From an uncultured Clostridia bacterium (GTDB lineage Bacteria; Bacillota; Clostridia; Oscillospirales; CAG-272): a stretch of 43,262 nt of DNA. The stretch spans positions 1 to 43,262 of the forward strand of contig CANQNM010000003.1 in assembly GCA_947625265.1 (NCBI GenBank), in the 5' to 3' direction. Numbering within the stretch: position 1 is the first letter of the stretch; each line of letters begins with the position of its first letter. Of this stretch, positions 29,201 through 39,292 are shown piece by piece. The position numbers and the translations under genes are program-made. Below the pieces are notes generated by a model. That model was not told where the DNA came from, did no database searches, and saw only the letters and a program-made list of their open reading frames with translations.

Positions 29201-29445
29201 TTTTATATTTATGTCCGTCCTTTCTTTCTATTGGCCGCCAGGGTTTTTCACGCGGTCTGCTGATTTCGATTTCAATCCCGAAAAATTTGCAAGGTCTCCC
29301 GGCAAAAACACAAAATCCCGTTTGAAAAACGCTTTTTAGCCCGTCGCCTCCCCTTTGCGCGGTGACTTCTGTCTGTTTGGTCGCTTTGTCTTTCTATTTC
29401 CCGGAATTCCTTTCCGGTCTTTGTGCAGCCTTCTTTCTCAGAAGA

Positions 29446-29904
29446 TCACCCCTTTGGGTAAATAAAATTGGCGCCCAGAAGATCGGTGTGTTCAAGAAAA
29501 TCCGCTGCACAGGATTTCGCCGCCTCCAGGGACAATTCCCTGTAGTTGCCGCACTGCGTTTCCGACTGTCCGTACATTTCCGTTGCCTCAAAGGCGATAA
29601 ACCGCAGCGTCCGGTAAACTTCCTTCCGGACGGTATCGCCATCCACTTTTCGAAGCAGCAGATAGAAACCCGTGCGGCATCCCATGGGACCAAAATATAT
29701 CACGTTTTCGCCAATGGGACCGTTGCGAATGCAGGTAGCAAACATATGTTCCACAGAGTGCATTTCAAGATTGGAAAGGTAGTCTCCCCCGTTCGGTTTT
29801 TTGAAACGCAGATCATAGGTGTCAATGTCTCCGTCCCTTCTTGAAAGATAGATCCCGGGCACAATATATCTGTGATCTACCCGAAAACTCTCGATTGGTT
29901 TCAT
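29446..29904 (-). CDS. luxS: S-ribosylhomocysteine lyase
   Basis: IESFRVDH, YDLRF, HSVEH, GPMGCRTGFY and CGNY motifs; RBS GAGG before ATG 29904. Confidence 0.95.
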   Translation of the reverse strand: MKPIESFRVDHRYIVPGIYLSRRDGDIDTYDLRFKKPNGGDYLSNLEMHSVEHMFATCIRNGPIGENVIYFGPMGCRTGFYLLLRKVDGDTVRKEVYRTLRFIAFEATEMYGQSETQCGNYRELSLEAAKSCAADFLEHTDLLGANFIYPKG

Positions 29905-29949
29905 GTTCGTCCTCATATCCGTTTTTCGCATTCATATTTGCGGATTTAT

Positions 29950-30015
29950 CTACCGCTCCGGAAATGTCCGGTAGCCTGGGTTCGCCGTTCCGCACCCGGC
30001 GGAGAACCGTTCCAT
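29950..30015 (-). CDS. Candidate 21-aa leader ORF upstream of luxS (MERFSAGCGTANPGYRTFPER)
   Basis: GGGAGG 7 nt upstream of ATG 30015; TAG at 29950-29952. Confidence 0.3.
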   Translation of the reverse strand: MERFSAGCGTANPGYRTFPER

Positions 30016-30167
30016 AGAAAATCCTCCCGTGAAAAACCGCCCGGCGGAAAGTCGCTCGGTTTCTTCGCCCATTTAAGGTTCTTTCTTTTTTCAGCGGGCA
30101 AACCCTCTTTCAAATTTGCGTCCGCTCAGGCGCGCTCGGCGCTCCTTACAAAAAAGACTGATATACC

Positions 30168-30196
30168 TTGACTTTTCCCGAAAACTATCGTATAAT
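30168..30196 (+). promoter_or_regulatory. sigmaA promoter toward VTC operon
   Basis: TTGACT-17 bp-TATAAT. Confidence 0.75.
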
Positions 30197-30247
30197 GTGT
30201 GCGTATAGTGTACAGTGTACATCACGTCGGAAATATACCGCACCGGG

Positions 30248-30276
30248 AGTATAGCACAAAAACGTCCCAATGTCAA
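30248..30276 (-). promoter_or_regulatory. sigmaA promoter toward luxS-mtnN
   Basis: TTGACA-17 bp-TATACT with extended TG on the minus strand. Confidence 0.72.
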
Positions 30277-30470
30277 ATGCAAATAAGAAAGCGCACGCGC
30301 CCCTTTTCGTTGCCGTAAATCCTTTATCTGCACTGAAGTTCGGTTTGGCCGACCGCTTGACTGTTTGCCGCATGAATGTCTAAGCATCTGAACGCTTAAA
30401 ACGTCTGCCGTGCTGTTCGCTTTCAACCGGGCGTGAAGCCGGTTTGCAGCCGGCGGAAGGGAGATGGCGT

Positions 30471-31229
30471 ATGCCTGTTTTTCAGTTCACTTTCGAACGA
30501 TACGAGAGAAAATATCTGATTTCCGAAGAACAGTATCAGAAACTCCTTGAGCGTTTGGAAGGAAAAATGACGGAGGACCGATACGCGCGGTCGCTCATCA
30601 CCAATATATACTATGACACACCTGATTTTCTCCTCGTAAGAAGGAGTATTGATAAACCCATCTATAAAGAAAAACTCAGGGTGCGGAGTTACGGCGTTCC
30701 CCAGAGCGACAGTAAGGTTTTTGTGGAAATCAAGAAAAAATATAAAGGTGTAGTCTATAAGAGACGAATCAATGTGCCGCTTGACAGCGCCTGTGCCTTT
30801 CTGAAAGGAAATGCTCCCTGCCCGGAACCGGGGCAGATCGGAAACGAAATCTCTTATTTCGTATCGTTCTACAGGGGAATCGGTCCAGCCATGTTCATTT
30901 CCTACGACCGTTATTCATTGGCCAGCCCCACAGACAGCGTGCTGCGCATCACCTTCGACCGCAACATCACCTGGCGCACCGAAGACCTCGACCTGAAGAA
31001 CGGCGTTTACGGAAACCGTCTTCCTCTGGACGACGGAATTCTTATGGAAATAAAAATTCCAGGCGTAATGCCCCTATGGCTTTCGCAACTTTTGGACGAA
31101 CTGCATATCATGCCCTGTTCCATCTCCAAATACGGAACAGCCTACAGCATTGCGCTGGAGGAACATCTCGTAGATCCCTTGGCGGGCGCACAATCGCTCC
31201 TCGCCAAAACCAACCGAATCCTCCCCTGA
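30471..31229 (+). CDS. VTC (polyphosphate polymerase-like) domain protein
   Basis: RYERKY, NIYYDT, KEKLRVRSY, VEIKKK, KRR, YDR, RITFD, MEIK and SKY CYTH/VTC motifs. Confidence 0.9.
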   Translation: MPVFQFTFERYERKYLISEEQYQKLLERLEGKMTEDRYARSLITNIYYDTPDFLLVRRSIDKPIYKEKLRVRSYGVPQSDSKVFVEIKKKYKGVVYKRRINVPLDSACAFLKGNAPCPEPGQIGNEISYFVSFYRGIGPAMFISYDRYSLASPTDSVLRITFDRNITWRTEDLDLKNGVYGNRLPLDDGILMEIKIPGVMPLWLSQLLDELHIMPCSISKYGTAYSIALEEHLVDPLAGAQSLLAKTNRILP

Positions 31230-31299
31230 GCGCGCCGCAAAATCGGAAACACAACGCGACCGTGTCGAATTCAATTTGAACTTTGAAAGGAAAACACAC

Positions 31300-31974
31300 A
31301 TGGAACTTTTTGGAATAACCTTCACGGGAATTTACGCCTTTTTCATCTGTGCTGCCATTGCTCTGGTTCTCGCCGTTCCCATCGCTTTCAGTTACACCGT
31401 CAAGAATAAGTCCTACAGCAAAGGGTTTGTTCTCACAATCTTTTCTCTGCCGATCGCCGTAATGACCGTACTGATGATGGTGGGCAATCAGGTGGGCGCT
31501 GCGGTGGCCATCGCCGGCGTCTTTGCCCTGGTGCGCTTCCGCTCTCTGCCCTGCACAGCCAAAGAACTGGTCAACGTCTTCATGGCCATGATCGTCGGCG
31601 TCGCCGTGGCCAATGCCAAAGCGGATGCCCTGATCGTCGCTGTGGTCTTCACCGTGGTGGTATGCGCCATCAACATCGTGTTCAACACCACACATCTCGG
31701 TGAAGTTTCAAGGAGCAGCAAAACTCTGCGAATCACCATCCCGGAATCGTTGGACTATACTGACGTTTTTGACGATCTCTTTGAAAAATACACTTCCGCC
31801 CATGAGTTGGTGCGCGTAAAAACCGCCAACATGGGCAGCATGTTCCAACTGACCTATGAAATCACTCTGAAAAACGAGAGAGATGAGCGCGCTTTCCTCA
31901 ACGATTTACGTTGCCGCAACGGAAATCTTGACATCATCTGCGCCAAAACACTGCAGGACGAAAACACCCTTTGA
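31300..31974 (+). CDS. DUF4956-family membrane protein
   Basis: Several TM helices, AGVFALVRFRS motif, C-terminal soluble domain ending LRCRNGNLDI; directly follows the VTC gene. Confidence 0.85.
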   Translation: MELFGITFTGIYAFFICAAIALVLAVPIAFSYTVKNKSYSKGFVLTIFSLPIAVMTVLMMVGNQVGAAVAIAGVFALVRFRSLPCTAKELVNVFMAMIVGVAVANAKADALIVAVVFTVVVCAINIVFNTTHLGEVSRSSKTLRITIPESLDYTDVFDDLFEKYTSAHELVRVKTANMGSMFQLTYEITLKNERDERAFLNDLRCRNGNLDIICAKTLQDENTL

Positions 31975-32140
31975 TCTTTGCCGGTTTTCCGCGCGGTTTT
32001 CCAAGTGTGGAGACAAAAAAACGGTTTTACTCTACCGGACAAGGCGACGGGAAACGATTCTTGTTCCCGTTGCTCTTACTGTTCTATACAACCGTGCGGT
32101 TTCCTTCATTCTCCCTATATGCAGCATCAAAACGAAACGG

Positions 32141-32176
32141 GCCACGGCGGATCAAAAAACGATCCGCCGTGGCTTT
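32141..32176. terminator. Terminator hairpin between convergent genes
   Basis: 13-bp stem GCCACGGCGGATC/GATCCGCCGTGGC then TTT. Confidence 0.65.
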
Positions 32177-32375
32177 GAATATTTATTCTATAGAATTGTA
32201 CGGTAAATGAACTTCACCCGACCGTCCATATCCACGCTTACTCCTGAAAAGTTTTTGCAATTTCGTGATACGTCCCCAGCCGCGCGCAGCCTTACCATCA
32301 AGCCCAAAAAGTTTTTCCTGGAACGAACTTCCCGCTAGGCAAATTGGAATTCTTTAAAACTTGGCGTTTTATTGC

Positions 32376-33005
32376 CTACCCTTTGCCCTTGAGCACCGGT
32401 GAAAGAGGTTTGTAGATAAAAAAGACGATGAGTGAAACGAGAAGACACTTGATCAGGGTAAAGGGCAGATTGAAGACCGCAAGACAAGCAAAAAGATTCC
32501 CATCCAAAGGAAGAATTTCCTCATACATGGCAAGCAATGTTTCTTTGGGCAAAAGCACCTTCATGTAGAGGGGATAAATGAGGAAGTAGTTGCTGGCGAG
32601 GCTGAAAACAGCACAGAGTACCGATCCTCCCAGACTGGCTGCAATCGCTCCTTTTCTGGTCTTTGCCCGCATGTAGATCGCTCCTGCGGCTGCCGTAAAC
32701 ACAGCGGCCAGAATGAAATTAGAAAGTTCGCCGATGCCCATGGTTCCGGTCACCGTGAGGTGGAACAGATTTTTTATCAAGCACACCGCGACGCCCCACT
32801 GGGGACCAAGCGCGAAAGCACAAAGAAGTGCCGGAAGATCTGAAAAGTCAAATTTTAAAAACTCGGGCACCAACGGCACAGAAAACTCAAGAAGCTGCAG
32901 AATAAAACTCACTGCTGAAAGAATAGCCGTCACCACCAAAGGTCTGATTCTAAAGGAGTTTTTTTTCACTTCTTTTGAAGTGGCGTTCAAAGATTCGTTT
33001 TTCAT
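32376..33005 (-). CDS. ribU: ECF transporter S component, riboflavin-specific
   Basis: FLKFDFSDLPAL, IKN, GELSNF and FNLPF..K motifs; preceded by an FMN riboswitch. Confidence 0.88.
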   Translation of the reverse strand: MKNESLNATSKEVKKNSFRIRPLVVTAILSAVSFILQLLEFSVPLVPEFLKFDFSDLPALLCAFALGPQWGVAVCLIKNLFHLTVTGTMGIGELSNFILAAVFTAAAGAIYMRAKTRKGAIAASLGGSVLCAVFSLASNYFLIYPLYMKVLLPKETLLAMYEEILPLDGNLFACLAVFNLPFTLIKCLLVSLIVFFIYKPLSPVLKGKG

Positions 33006-33024
33006 TTTTTCCTTTCCGGGACGC

Positions 33025-33049
33025 AAAGAAAAAGCGCCCCAGAGGGCGC
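33025..33049 (-). terminator. Riboswitch expression-platform terminator
   Basis: GCGCCC-TCTG-GGGCGC followed by TTTTTCTTT, between the aptamer and the ribU RBS. Confidence 0.75.
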
Positions 33050-33060
33050 GCGAAAAGCGC

Positions 33061-33188
33061 AACTTTTCTCATCCGGACTATACCGTCGGTGCAGGCTTTT
33101 CCCTGCTCGGCGCCTTTCGGCGTTCGCGGACTTCCGGTCTTTTCCGACCGTTCACCGCCGGTGTGGAATTTCACCAACCCCCAAAGTT
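33061..33188 (-). promoter_or_regulatory. FMN riboswitch (RFN element)
   Basis: Minus strand reads GGGGGTTGGTGAAATTCCACACCGGCGGT..AGTCCGCGA..ACCGACGGTATAGTCCGGATGAGAAAAG, the RFN consensus; P1 AACTTT/AAAGTT. Confidence 0.93.
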
Positions 33189-33228
33189 TATTTTTTGTAT
33201 GTTTGGTATATCGACAGTATATGCACCT

Positions 33229-33263
33229 AAGGGTTGCCGTGACATAACGCGACGGCAACCCTT
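33229..33263 (-). terminator. Hairpin ending the str operon
   Basis: 12-bp stem AAGGGTTGCCGT/ACGGCAACCCTT just after the tuf stop; poor T tract on the minus strand. Confidence 0.55.
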
Positions 33264-33273
33264 TGTGTTTCAA

Positions 33274-34479
33274 TCACTCAATGATATCGGCAACGACGCC
33301 AGAACCAACGGTTCTACCGCCCTCACGGATAGCGAAGCGAAGACCCTTCTCAATCGCGATAGGGGTGATCAGTTCCACAGTCATATCCACGTTGTCGCCG
33401 GGACGGCACATCTCAACATCAGAGGGAAGAGAGATGGTTCCGGTCACATCGGTGGTTCTGAAATAGAACTGGGGTCTGTATCCGGGGAAGAAGGGCTTGG
33501 AACGGCCGCCTTCCTTCTCGGTCAGCACATACACATGACCCACAAATTTCGTGTGGGGATGAATGGTGCCGGGTTTGCAGAGAACCTGACCTCTTTCGAT
33601 TTCGTCCTTGGCAACGCCACGCAGCAGTGCGCCGATGTTGTCGCCGGCTTCCGCCTGATCCAACAGTTTGTGGAACATTTCCACTCCGGTAACAACGGTA
33701 GTTCTCTTTTCGTCAGACAAACCGACGATTTCGACAGTATCGGACACCTTCACAGTACCTCTTTCCACTCTACCGGTTGCAACGGTTCCGCGTCCGGAAA
33801 TGGAGAACACGTCCTCCACAGGCATAAGGAAGGGCAGATCGGATTTTCTCTCAGGAGTGGGGATATAGTTGTCAACCTGATCCATCAGTTCCCAGATGCA
33901 GGCATACACGGGATCGGAGGGATCGGTGGAGGTGCTTTCCAGAGCGTTACGGGCAGAACCACGGACGATCGGGATATCATCTCCCGGGAATTCATACTGA
34001 GACAGAAGATCTCTGACTTCCATCTCGACCAGATCCAGCAATTCGTCATCGTCCACAAGGTCGGTTTTGTTCATGAACACAACGATGGCAGGCACGCCCA
34101 CCTGACGGGCAAGCAGTACGTGCTCTCTGGTCTGCTGAAGAGGACCGTCGGTCCCAGCGACAACCAGAATTGCACCGTCCATCTGAGCGGCGCCGGTGAT
34201 CATGTTCTTCACATAGTCGGCGTGCCCGGGGCAGTCCACGTGGGCGTAGTGACGTTTATCCGTCTCATATTCGACGTGTCTTGTATTGATTGTGATTCCT
34301 CTTGCCTTCTCTTCGGGCGCGTTGTCGATCTGATCATACGCCATAAACTCAACGTTTCCGTTCTTCAGCGCCAGAGTTTTGGTGATGGCCGCGGTCAGTG
34401 TGGTCTTACCATGGTCAACGTGACCGATGGTTCCGATGTTTACATGGGGTTTTGTTCTCTCGAATTTAGCCTTTGCCAT
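33274..34479 (-). CDS. tuf: Elongation factor Tu
   Basis: [34 protein letters not shown]. Confidence 0.99.
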   Translation of the reverse strand: MAKAKFERTKPHVNIGTIGHVDHGKTTLTAAITKTLALKNGNVEFMAYDQIDNAPEEKARGITINTRHVEYETDKRHYAHVDCPGHADYVKNMITGAAQMDGAILVVAGTDGPLQQTREHVLLARQVGVPAIVVFMNKTDLVDDDELLDLVEMEVRDLLSQYEFPGDDIPIVRGSARNALESTSTDPSDPVYACIWELMDQVDNYIPTPERKSDLPFLMPVEDVFSISGRGTVATGRVERGTVKVSDTVEIVGLSDEKRTTVVTGVEMFHKLLDQAEAGDNIGALLRGVAKDEIERGQVLCKPGTIHPHTKFVGHVYVLTEKEGGRSKPFFPGYRPQFYFRTTDVTGTISLPSDVEMCRPGDNVDMTVELITPIAIEKGLRFAIREGGRTVGSGVVADIIE

Positions 34480-34538
34480 TGTAAAATCCTCCGTAAAATA
34501 AATTTGTTTTATATTTGTTTGTTTTTTAGTACAGTAAC

Positions 34539-36623
34539 TTATCTCTGTGTTTTTGCCCTAAAAGTGATGATGCTCTCCTGAATACTCTTCGGCACCTCTG
34601 CGAAGTGGCTGGGTTCCATTACATACTGTCCCCGTCCCTGGGTCTTAGAACGGAGATCCGTGGCGTAACCAAACATCTCGGAGAGGGGAACGGCGGCTGT
34701 CACCTGCTGTGCGCCGGAAACCGCTTCCATAGACTGTATCTGTCCTCTTCTGGAGTTCAGATCTCCGATCACATCGCCCATATAGTCGTCGGGCGTGATC
34801 ACCACAACTTTCATGATGGGTTCGGTCAGCACCGGACTCGCTTTGCGCATTGCTTCCTTAAACGCCATGGAACCGGCGATCTTGAAGGCCATTTCGGAGG
34901 AGTCCACCTCGTGATACGAGCCGTCGTACAGCGTGACCTTGACGTCCACCACGTTGTACCCCGCCAGAACTCCCGTTTGCATCGCCCCCTGGATACCGGC
35001 GTCAACAGCCGGAATATACTCCTTGGGGATGGCGCCGCCAACCACCTTGTTGATAAACTCATACCCTTTGCCGGGCTCGTTGGGTTCAAGAATGATCTTG
35101 ACGTGACCGTACTGTCCTTTACCGCCCGACTGACGTGCATACTTCATATCCACATCGGCCGTGCCGCGGATCGTTTCTTTATAGGAAACCTGCGGTTTCC
35201 CCACGTTTGCCTCCACCTTGAACTCGCGCAGCAGTCTGTCCACGATGATCTCCAAATGCAATTCACCCATGCCGGCGATGATGGTCTGTCCCGTTTCCTC
35301 ATCCGTATAGGTCTTGAACGTAGGATCTTCCTCCGCCAACTTGGCAAGAGCGATACCCATTTTTTCCTGACCCGCCTTGGTCTTGGGTTCAATGGCGACC
35401 CGGATCACGGGTTCCGGAAAATCCATGCTCTCAAGGATGATGGGATGATCCTCGTCACAAAGCGTGTCGCCGGTAGTGGTGTTCTTCACTCCGGCAATCG
35501 CCGCGATATCGCCCGCGTAGCAGACGTCAATGTCCTTCCGGTCATTGGCATGCATCTGCAGAATTCTGCCGATGCGCTCCCTCTTTCCCTTGGAAGAATT
35601 GTACACCGTGGTACCTGCTTCCAACTTACCGGAATACACCCGGAAGAAACACAGTTTTCCGACAAACGGATCCGTGGCAATCTTAAACGCCAGCGCCGCA
35701 AAGGGCTGGTCGTCGCCCGAAATCCGCTCTTCAGTCTCGTCAGTGCGAGGATTCACTCCCTTGATGGGAGGAATATCCAGAGGGGAGGGCATGTAGTCGA
35801 TCACAGCGTCCAGCAGTTTCTGTACGCCCTTGTTTCTGTAGGAAGTACCGCACACCACCGGAACGATGGTATTGTTCAGCGTTCCTAAGCGCAGCGCTTT
35901 CTTGATCTCCTCGACCGTTAACTCCTCTCCGTCGCTATATTTCGCGAAAAGATCATCATCGTGCTCCGCAACCGATTCCACAAGTTTCTGTCTGTATTCC
36001 TTTGCTTTTTCAAGCATATCTGCGGGAATCTCCTCCACGCGCATGTCCTGTCCCAAGTCGTCATAGTAAATGTCGGCCTCCATGTTGATCAGATCAATGA
36101 TTCCACGGAATTTATCCTCCGCGCCAATGGGCAGTTGAATAGGAACCGGGTTGGCCTTCAGCCGCTCTTTAATCATATCGACAACACGGTAAAAATTTGC
36201 GCCCATGATGTCCATCTTGTTGACGTATACCATACGGGGAACACCGTACTTGTCCGCCTGACGCCAAACGGTCTCAGACTGGGGTTCCACGCCTCCTTTG
36301 GCACACATCACCGTGACGGCGCCGTCAAGCACCTTCAGCGATCTTTCAACCTCCGCTGTAAAATCCACATGGCCAGGCGTGTCGATGATGTTGATACGGT
36401 TTCCTTTCCAGAAACAGGTGGTTGCGGCAGAAGTGATGGTGATTCCCCGTTCCTGCTCCTGAACCATCCAGTCCATGGTGGCTGAGCCGTCGTGAACCTC
36501 CCCCAACTTGTGCGTCTTTCCCGTATAGAAAAGGATACGCTCGGTGGTAGTGGTTTTGCCCGCGTCAATGTGCGCCATGATTCCGATGTTACGGGTGTTC
36601 TCTAAAGAATATTCTCTCGGCAT
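34539..36623 (-). CDS. fusA: Elongation factor G
   Basis: [39 protein letters not shown]. Confidence 0.99.
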   Translation of the reverse strand: MPREYSLENTRNIGIMAHIDAGKTTTTERILFYTGKTHKLGEVHDGSATMDWMVQEQERGITITSAATTCFWKGNRINIIDTPGHVDFTAEVERSLKVLDGAVTVMCAKGGVEPQSETVWRQADKYGVPRMVYVNKMDIMGANFYRVVDMIKERLKANPVPIQLPIGAEDKFRGIIDLINMEADIYYDDLGQDMRVEEIPADMLEKAKEYRQKLVESVAEHDDDLFAKYSDGEELTVEEIKKALRLGTLNNTIVPVVCGTSYRNKGVQKLLDAVIDYMPSPLDIPPIKGVNPRTDETEERISGDDQPFAALAFKIATDPFVGKLCFFRVYSGKLEAGTTVYNSSKGKRERIGRILQMHANDRKDIDVCYAGDIAAIAGVKNTTTGDTLCDEDHPIILESMDFPEPVIRVAIEPKTKAGQEKMGIALAKLAEEDPTFKTYTDEETGQTIIAGMGELHLEIIVDRLLREFKVEANVGKPQVSYKETIRGTADVDMKYARQSGGKGQYGHVKIILEPNEPGKGYEFINKVVGGAIPKEYIPAVDAGIQGAMQTGVLAGYNVVDVKVTLYDGSYHEVDSSEMAFKIAGSMAFKEAMRKASPVLTEPIMKVVVITPDDYMGDVIGDLNSRRGQIQSMEAVSGAQQVTAAVPLSEMFGYATDLRSKTQGRGQYVMEPSHFAEVPKSIQESIITFRAKTQR

Positions 36624-36644
36624 TCTTACTCCTTTGCGGGCAGA

Positions 36645-37115
36645 TCAATATCTGTAGTGTGCAAACGCCTTGTTTGCCTCTGCCATTCTGTGCGTCTCTT
36701 CCTTCTTCTTGAAGGCTCCGCCGGTGTTGTTCACGGCGTCCAAAATCTCCCCCGCGAGACGCTCCGCCATAGTGTTCTCCGAACGGGTTCTGGAATAGTT
36801 CCGGATCCAGCGCAGACCCAGCGTCTGACGTCTGTCGGTTCTTACATCCATAGGAACCTGATAGGTGGCGCCGCCCAACCGGCGCGCTTTGATTTCCATC
36901 ACCGGCATCACATTCTCCAAAGCCTGCTGGAACACCTCTAAGGGGTTCTTTCCGCTTTTTTGCTCCACGATCGCAAACGCTTCGTATACGATCTTCTGCG
37001 CCACGCCCTTCTTGCCGTCATACATGATATTGTTGATCAGTTTCGTGACAAGTTTAGAATTGTACAGCGGGTCGGGCAACACATCTCTTTTGGGTATTTG
37101 ACCTCTTCTGGGCAT
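36645..37115 (-). CDS. rpsG: 30S ribosomal protein S7
   Basis: [27 protein letters not shown]. Confidence 0.99.
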   Translation of the reverse strand: MPRRGQIPKRDVLPDPLYNSKLVTKLINNIMYDGKKGVAQKIVYEAFAIVEQKSGKNPLEVFQQALENVMPVMEIKARRLGGATYQVPMDVRTDRRQTLGLRWIRNYSRTRSENTMAERLAGEILDAVNNTGGAFKKKEETHRMAEANKAFAHYRY

Positions 37116-37284
37116 AATCTTCCCTCCTTCATTAAAAATGATATCACAGGTACTCGAAAGTGATCCTTCCGATTTGCTCTGTCCAAGGTTTTTGTTTCCA
37201 TCACATTTACGTTATTTTGACAAAAAACAGGGATCAGCAAATTAGACTGAATTTTATCTTGTTACCTCTTTGTTCGGCCGAAAG

Positions 37285-37707
37285 TTATTTCTTCTTGGCC
37301 TTGGGCCTCTTCGCACCGTATTTGGAACGGCCCTGATTCCGCTTGTCCACGCCGTGCGTATCCAGCGTTCCGCGAATGATGTGGTACCGCACACCGGGCA
37401 GATCGCGCACTCTCCCACCGCGAATGAGAACAACCGAGTGCTCCTGCAGGTTGTGCCCGATACCGGGAATATACGTAGTCGTTTCCAGACCGTTGGTCAG
37501 ACGAACCCTCGCAATCTTCCGCATCGCCGAGTTCGGCTTTTTGGGGTTGGTCACCGTGACCTTGGTGCACACTCCTCTTTTCTGAGGAGAACTCTGTTTG
37601 GTCGCGGCGTTCTTCAGCGTGTTGAATCCCGACTGAAGCACCGGAGCCTTCGATTTGTAAACTCTCTGCTGTCTTCCCTGCTTTACCAGTTGGTTAAACG
37701 TAGGCAT
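37285..37707 (-). CDS. rpsL: 30S ribosomal protein S12
   Basis: [27 protein letters not shown]; contains the Bacillota-type N-terminal insertion. Confidence 0.99.
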   Translation of the reverse strand: MPTFNQLVKQGRQQRVYKSKAPVLQSGFNTLKNAATKQSSPQKRGVCTKVTVTNPKKPNSAMRKIARVRLTNGLETTTYIPGIGHNLQEHSVVLIRGGRVRDLPGVRYHIIRGTLDTHGVDKRNQGRSKYGAKRPKAKKK

Positions 37708-37818
37708 ACTCTTCCCTCCTTTTTCTCAAAATAACGTAAATTTTCCGTTCGGTGCAAGAGTATTTTCCACCGCTTTCGTTGGGGACGCGGCAACCCTCTT
37801 TTCACCGATACGAGGGGT

Positions 37819-37847
37819 ATTATATCATTATTTCCCTTGCCTGTCAA
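37819..37847 (-). promoter_or_regulatory. sigmaA promoter of str operon
   Basis: TTGACA-17 bp-TATAAT with extended TG and an AT-rich upstream element. Confidence 0.85.
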
Positions 37848-38140
37848 CATTTATTTTTGAAATTCTTTTTCTCTTTTCTGTCACTTTTTCAAAAACATTT
37901 TTTTCACCGTCCTCTTCCCGTTGTTTCCGTGTCGGCATGAGGATTTTCTTTGCACAGTCTCCCCTTTGTTTGGAAATTTTATGCATTGGCCGATCCGTGC
38001 GCTGTCTCAGAAACAAAAAAGAAAAACTCCGTCCGAAGTTCAAAGTCTCAGACGGTTTTTTCGCGCGTTTTCTTTTGACGCTGATTTCTCCGTTTCCGTT
38101 GCAGACAAAAGTCCGTAAGCGCCGTTTTTCATTCTTCCCG

Positions 38141-39052
38141 TCAACTTTTGTCTGCACATTCTCCCGCTTCGGAATGTTTTGTCTTTTGTCCGTCCGTTGC
38201 GCGCCCCGTCACCTCCCTCAAAATCGGCATGATGTCCCCGTCCGTAAGATTCTCAAAAATGGCGCACTGTCCTTTCCGCATACAGCGCCGGAGTTCCTCC
38301 TTTTGCCGCACGGTCCAGAAACAGATCGGCAGCCGCGCCTTCTCAAGAACACGCAGCGGCAAGGCATCCCTATGATCAATGTTGTAGGCCACAAAATCAG
38401 GGTTGGTCAGGAGATTGGTCACCATCAGGCTCAGCAGCAGCCTCAACCCTACAAACCCGATTCTGGCGTGAAGAAAGTTGTCGGCCAACTGTCCCCTTGG
38501 AATTTCCGGCGCTCTTTTTTTCAGCGCCCAAAGCACCCGCGGATCGAAGGATTCTATGAAAACCCGTCCGCTGTATCCTTTCAAAACCTCCAGCGTCTTT
38601 TCACACAGGGGCAGGGCATTGTTTTTATCGGTTTTCAGTTCAATGAGCAGGGGAACTCTCCCCCGCGTCAGTTCCAGAACCTCCTCAAACGTGGGCAACG
38701 GCGATCCGTCCGGCAAAGGAAAAGCGCGCAGTTCCGCAAGGGAACTCTCACACACTTTCCGATCTTCCCCGCACATTCTGAAGATAGTGTCGTCGTGCAT
38801 GACGGCAAGACGCCCGTCGGAAGTCAGGTGCAGATCAAATTCAAAACCGTAGCCCTTCTCCACCGCGGCCTTGAACGCGGCGATAGAGTTTTCGGGCCTG
38901 ACGCCGTCGTGCAATCCCCGATGGGCGAAAAACGGCGGAAAATTTTGCGTTTGGGCACTCCCCTGACGGAAAGCGCAAAGGGCGAGAACCCAAAGAAGAA
39001 ACAGGAACGCCAAAAAAAGCAAAGCGCCCGTTCCAATGTAAAGATAAATCAT
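38141..39052 (-). CDS. Membrane-anchored glycerophosphodiester phosphodiesterase
   Basis: N-terminal TM helix; AHRG, PENS, EFDLH, MHD, IELK, ESF and WTV motifs. Confidence 0.9.
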   Translation of the reverse strand: MIYLYIGTGALLFLAFLFLLWVLALCAFRQGSAQTQNFPPFFAHRGLHDGVRPENSIAAFKAAVEKGYGFEFDLHLTSDGRLAVMHDDTIFRMCGEDRKVCESSLAELRAFPLPDGSPLPTFEEVLELTRGRVPLLIELKTDKNNALPLCEKTLEVLKGYSGRVFIESFDPRVLWALKKRAPEIPRGQLADNFLHARIGFVGLRLLLSLMVTNLLTNPDFVAYNIDHRDALPLRVLEKARLPICFWTVRQKEELRRCMRKGQCAIFENLTDGDIMPILREVTGRATDGQKTKHSEAGECADKS

Positions 39053-39292
39053 ACGTTCATCCCTCTCCCTAGGCAAAAGCCAAAATCAATTGCCGCCCTT
39101 TGAAACGTCTTGGTTTCGGACAAAGCGTTTGCGGGCGGTTCCGATAGTCCCCTGTCCCAGGCATTCCATGCCATCGCCCGCGCCGGCGGTTCGCCCCGGT
39201 ACTCGATAAATCCTTCCAAATTTCAATACCGCCGGTTTTCCCGTAAAAATTCGTCCGACACCGGGCGCCGGGTTGCTTAGCTGCTCGGGTTC

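Noticed and set aside
29905-30240. SAM or SAH riboswitch in the luxS leader
   Set aside because: I could not find the SAM-I core (ATCAAGAG..GGCAACC..GTGC) or other aptamer consensus; an Rfam scan would be decisive.
33274-34479. EF-Tu substitutions (DGPLQQ for DGPMPQ; GRSKPFF for GRHTPFF) as antibiotic-resistance alleles
   Set aside because: Not positions I can tie to known elfamycin resistance; most likely lineage divergence.
32713-34581. 622-aa plus-strand ORF
   Set aside because: Antisense shadow of tuf, ribU and the FMN riboswitch; no recognisable motifs.
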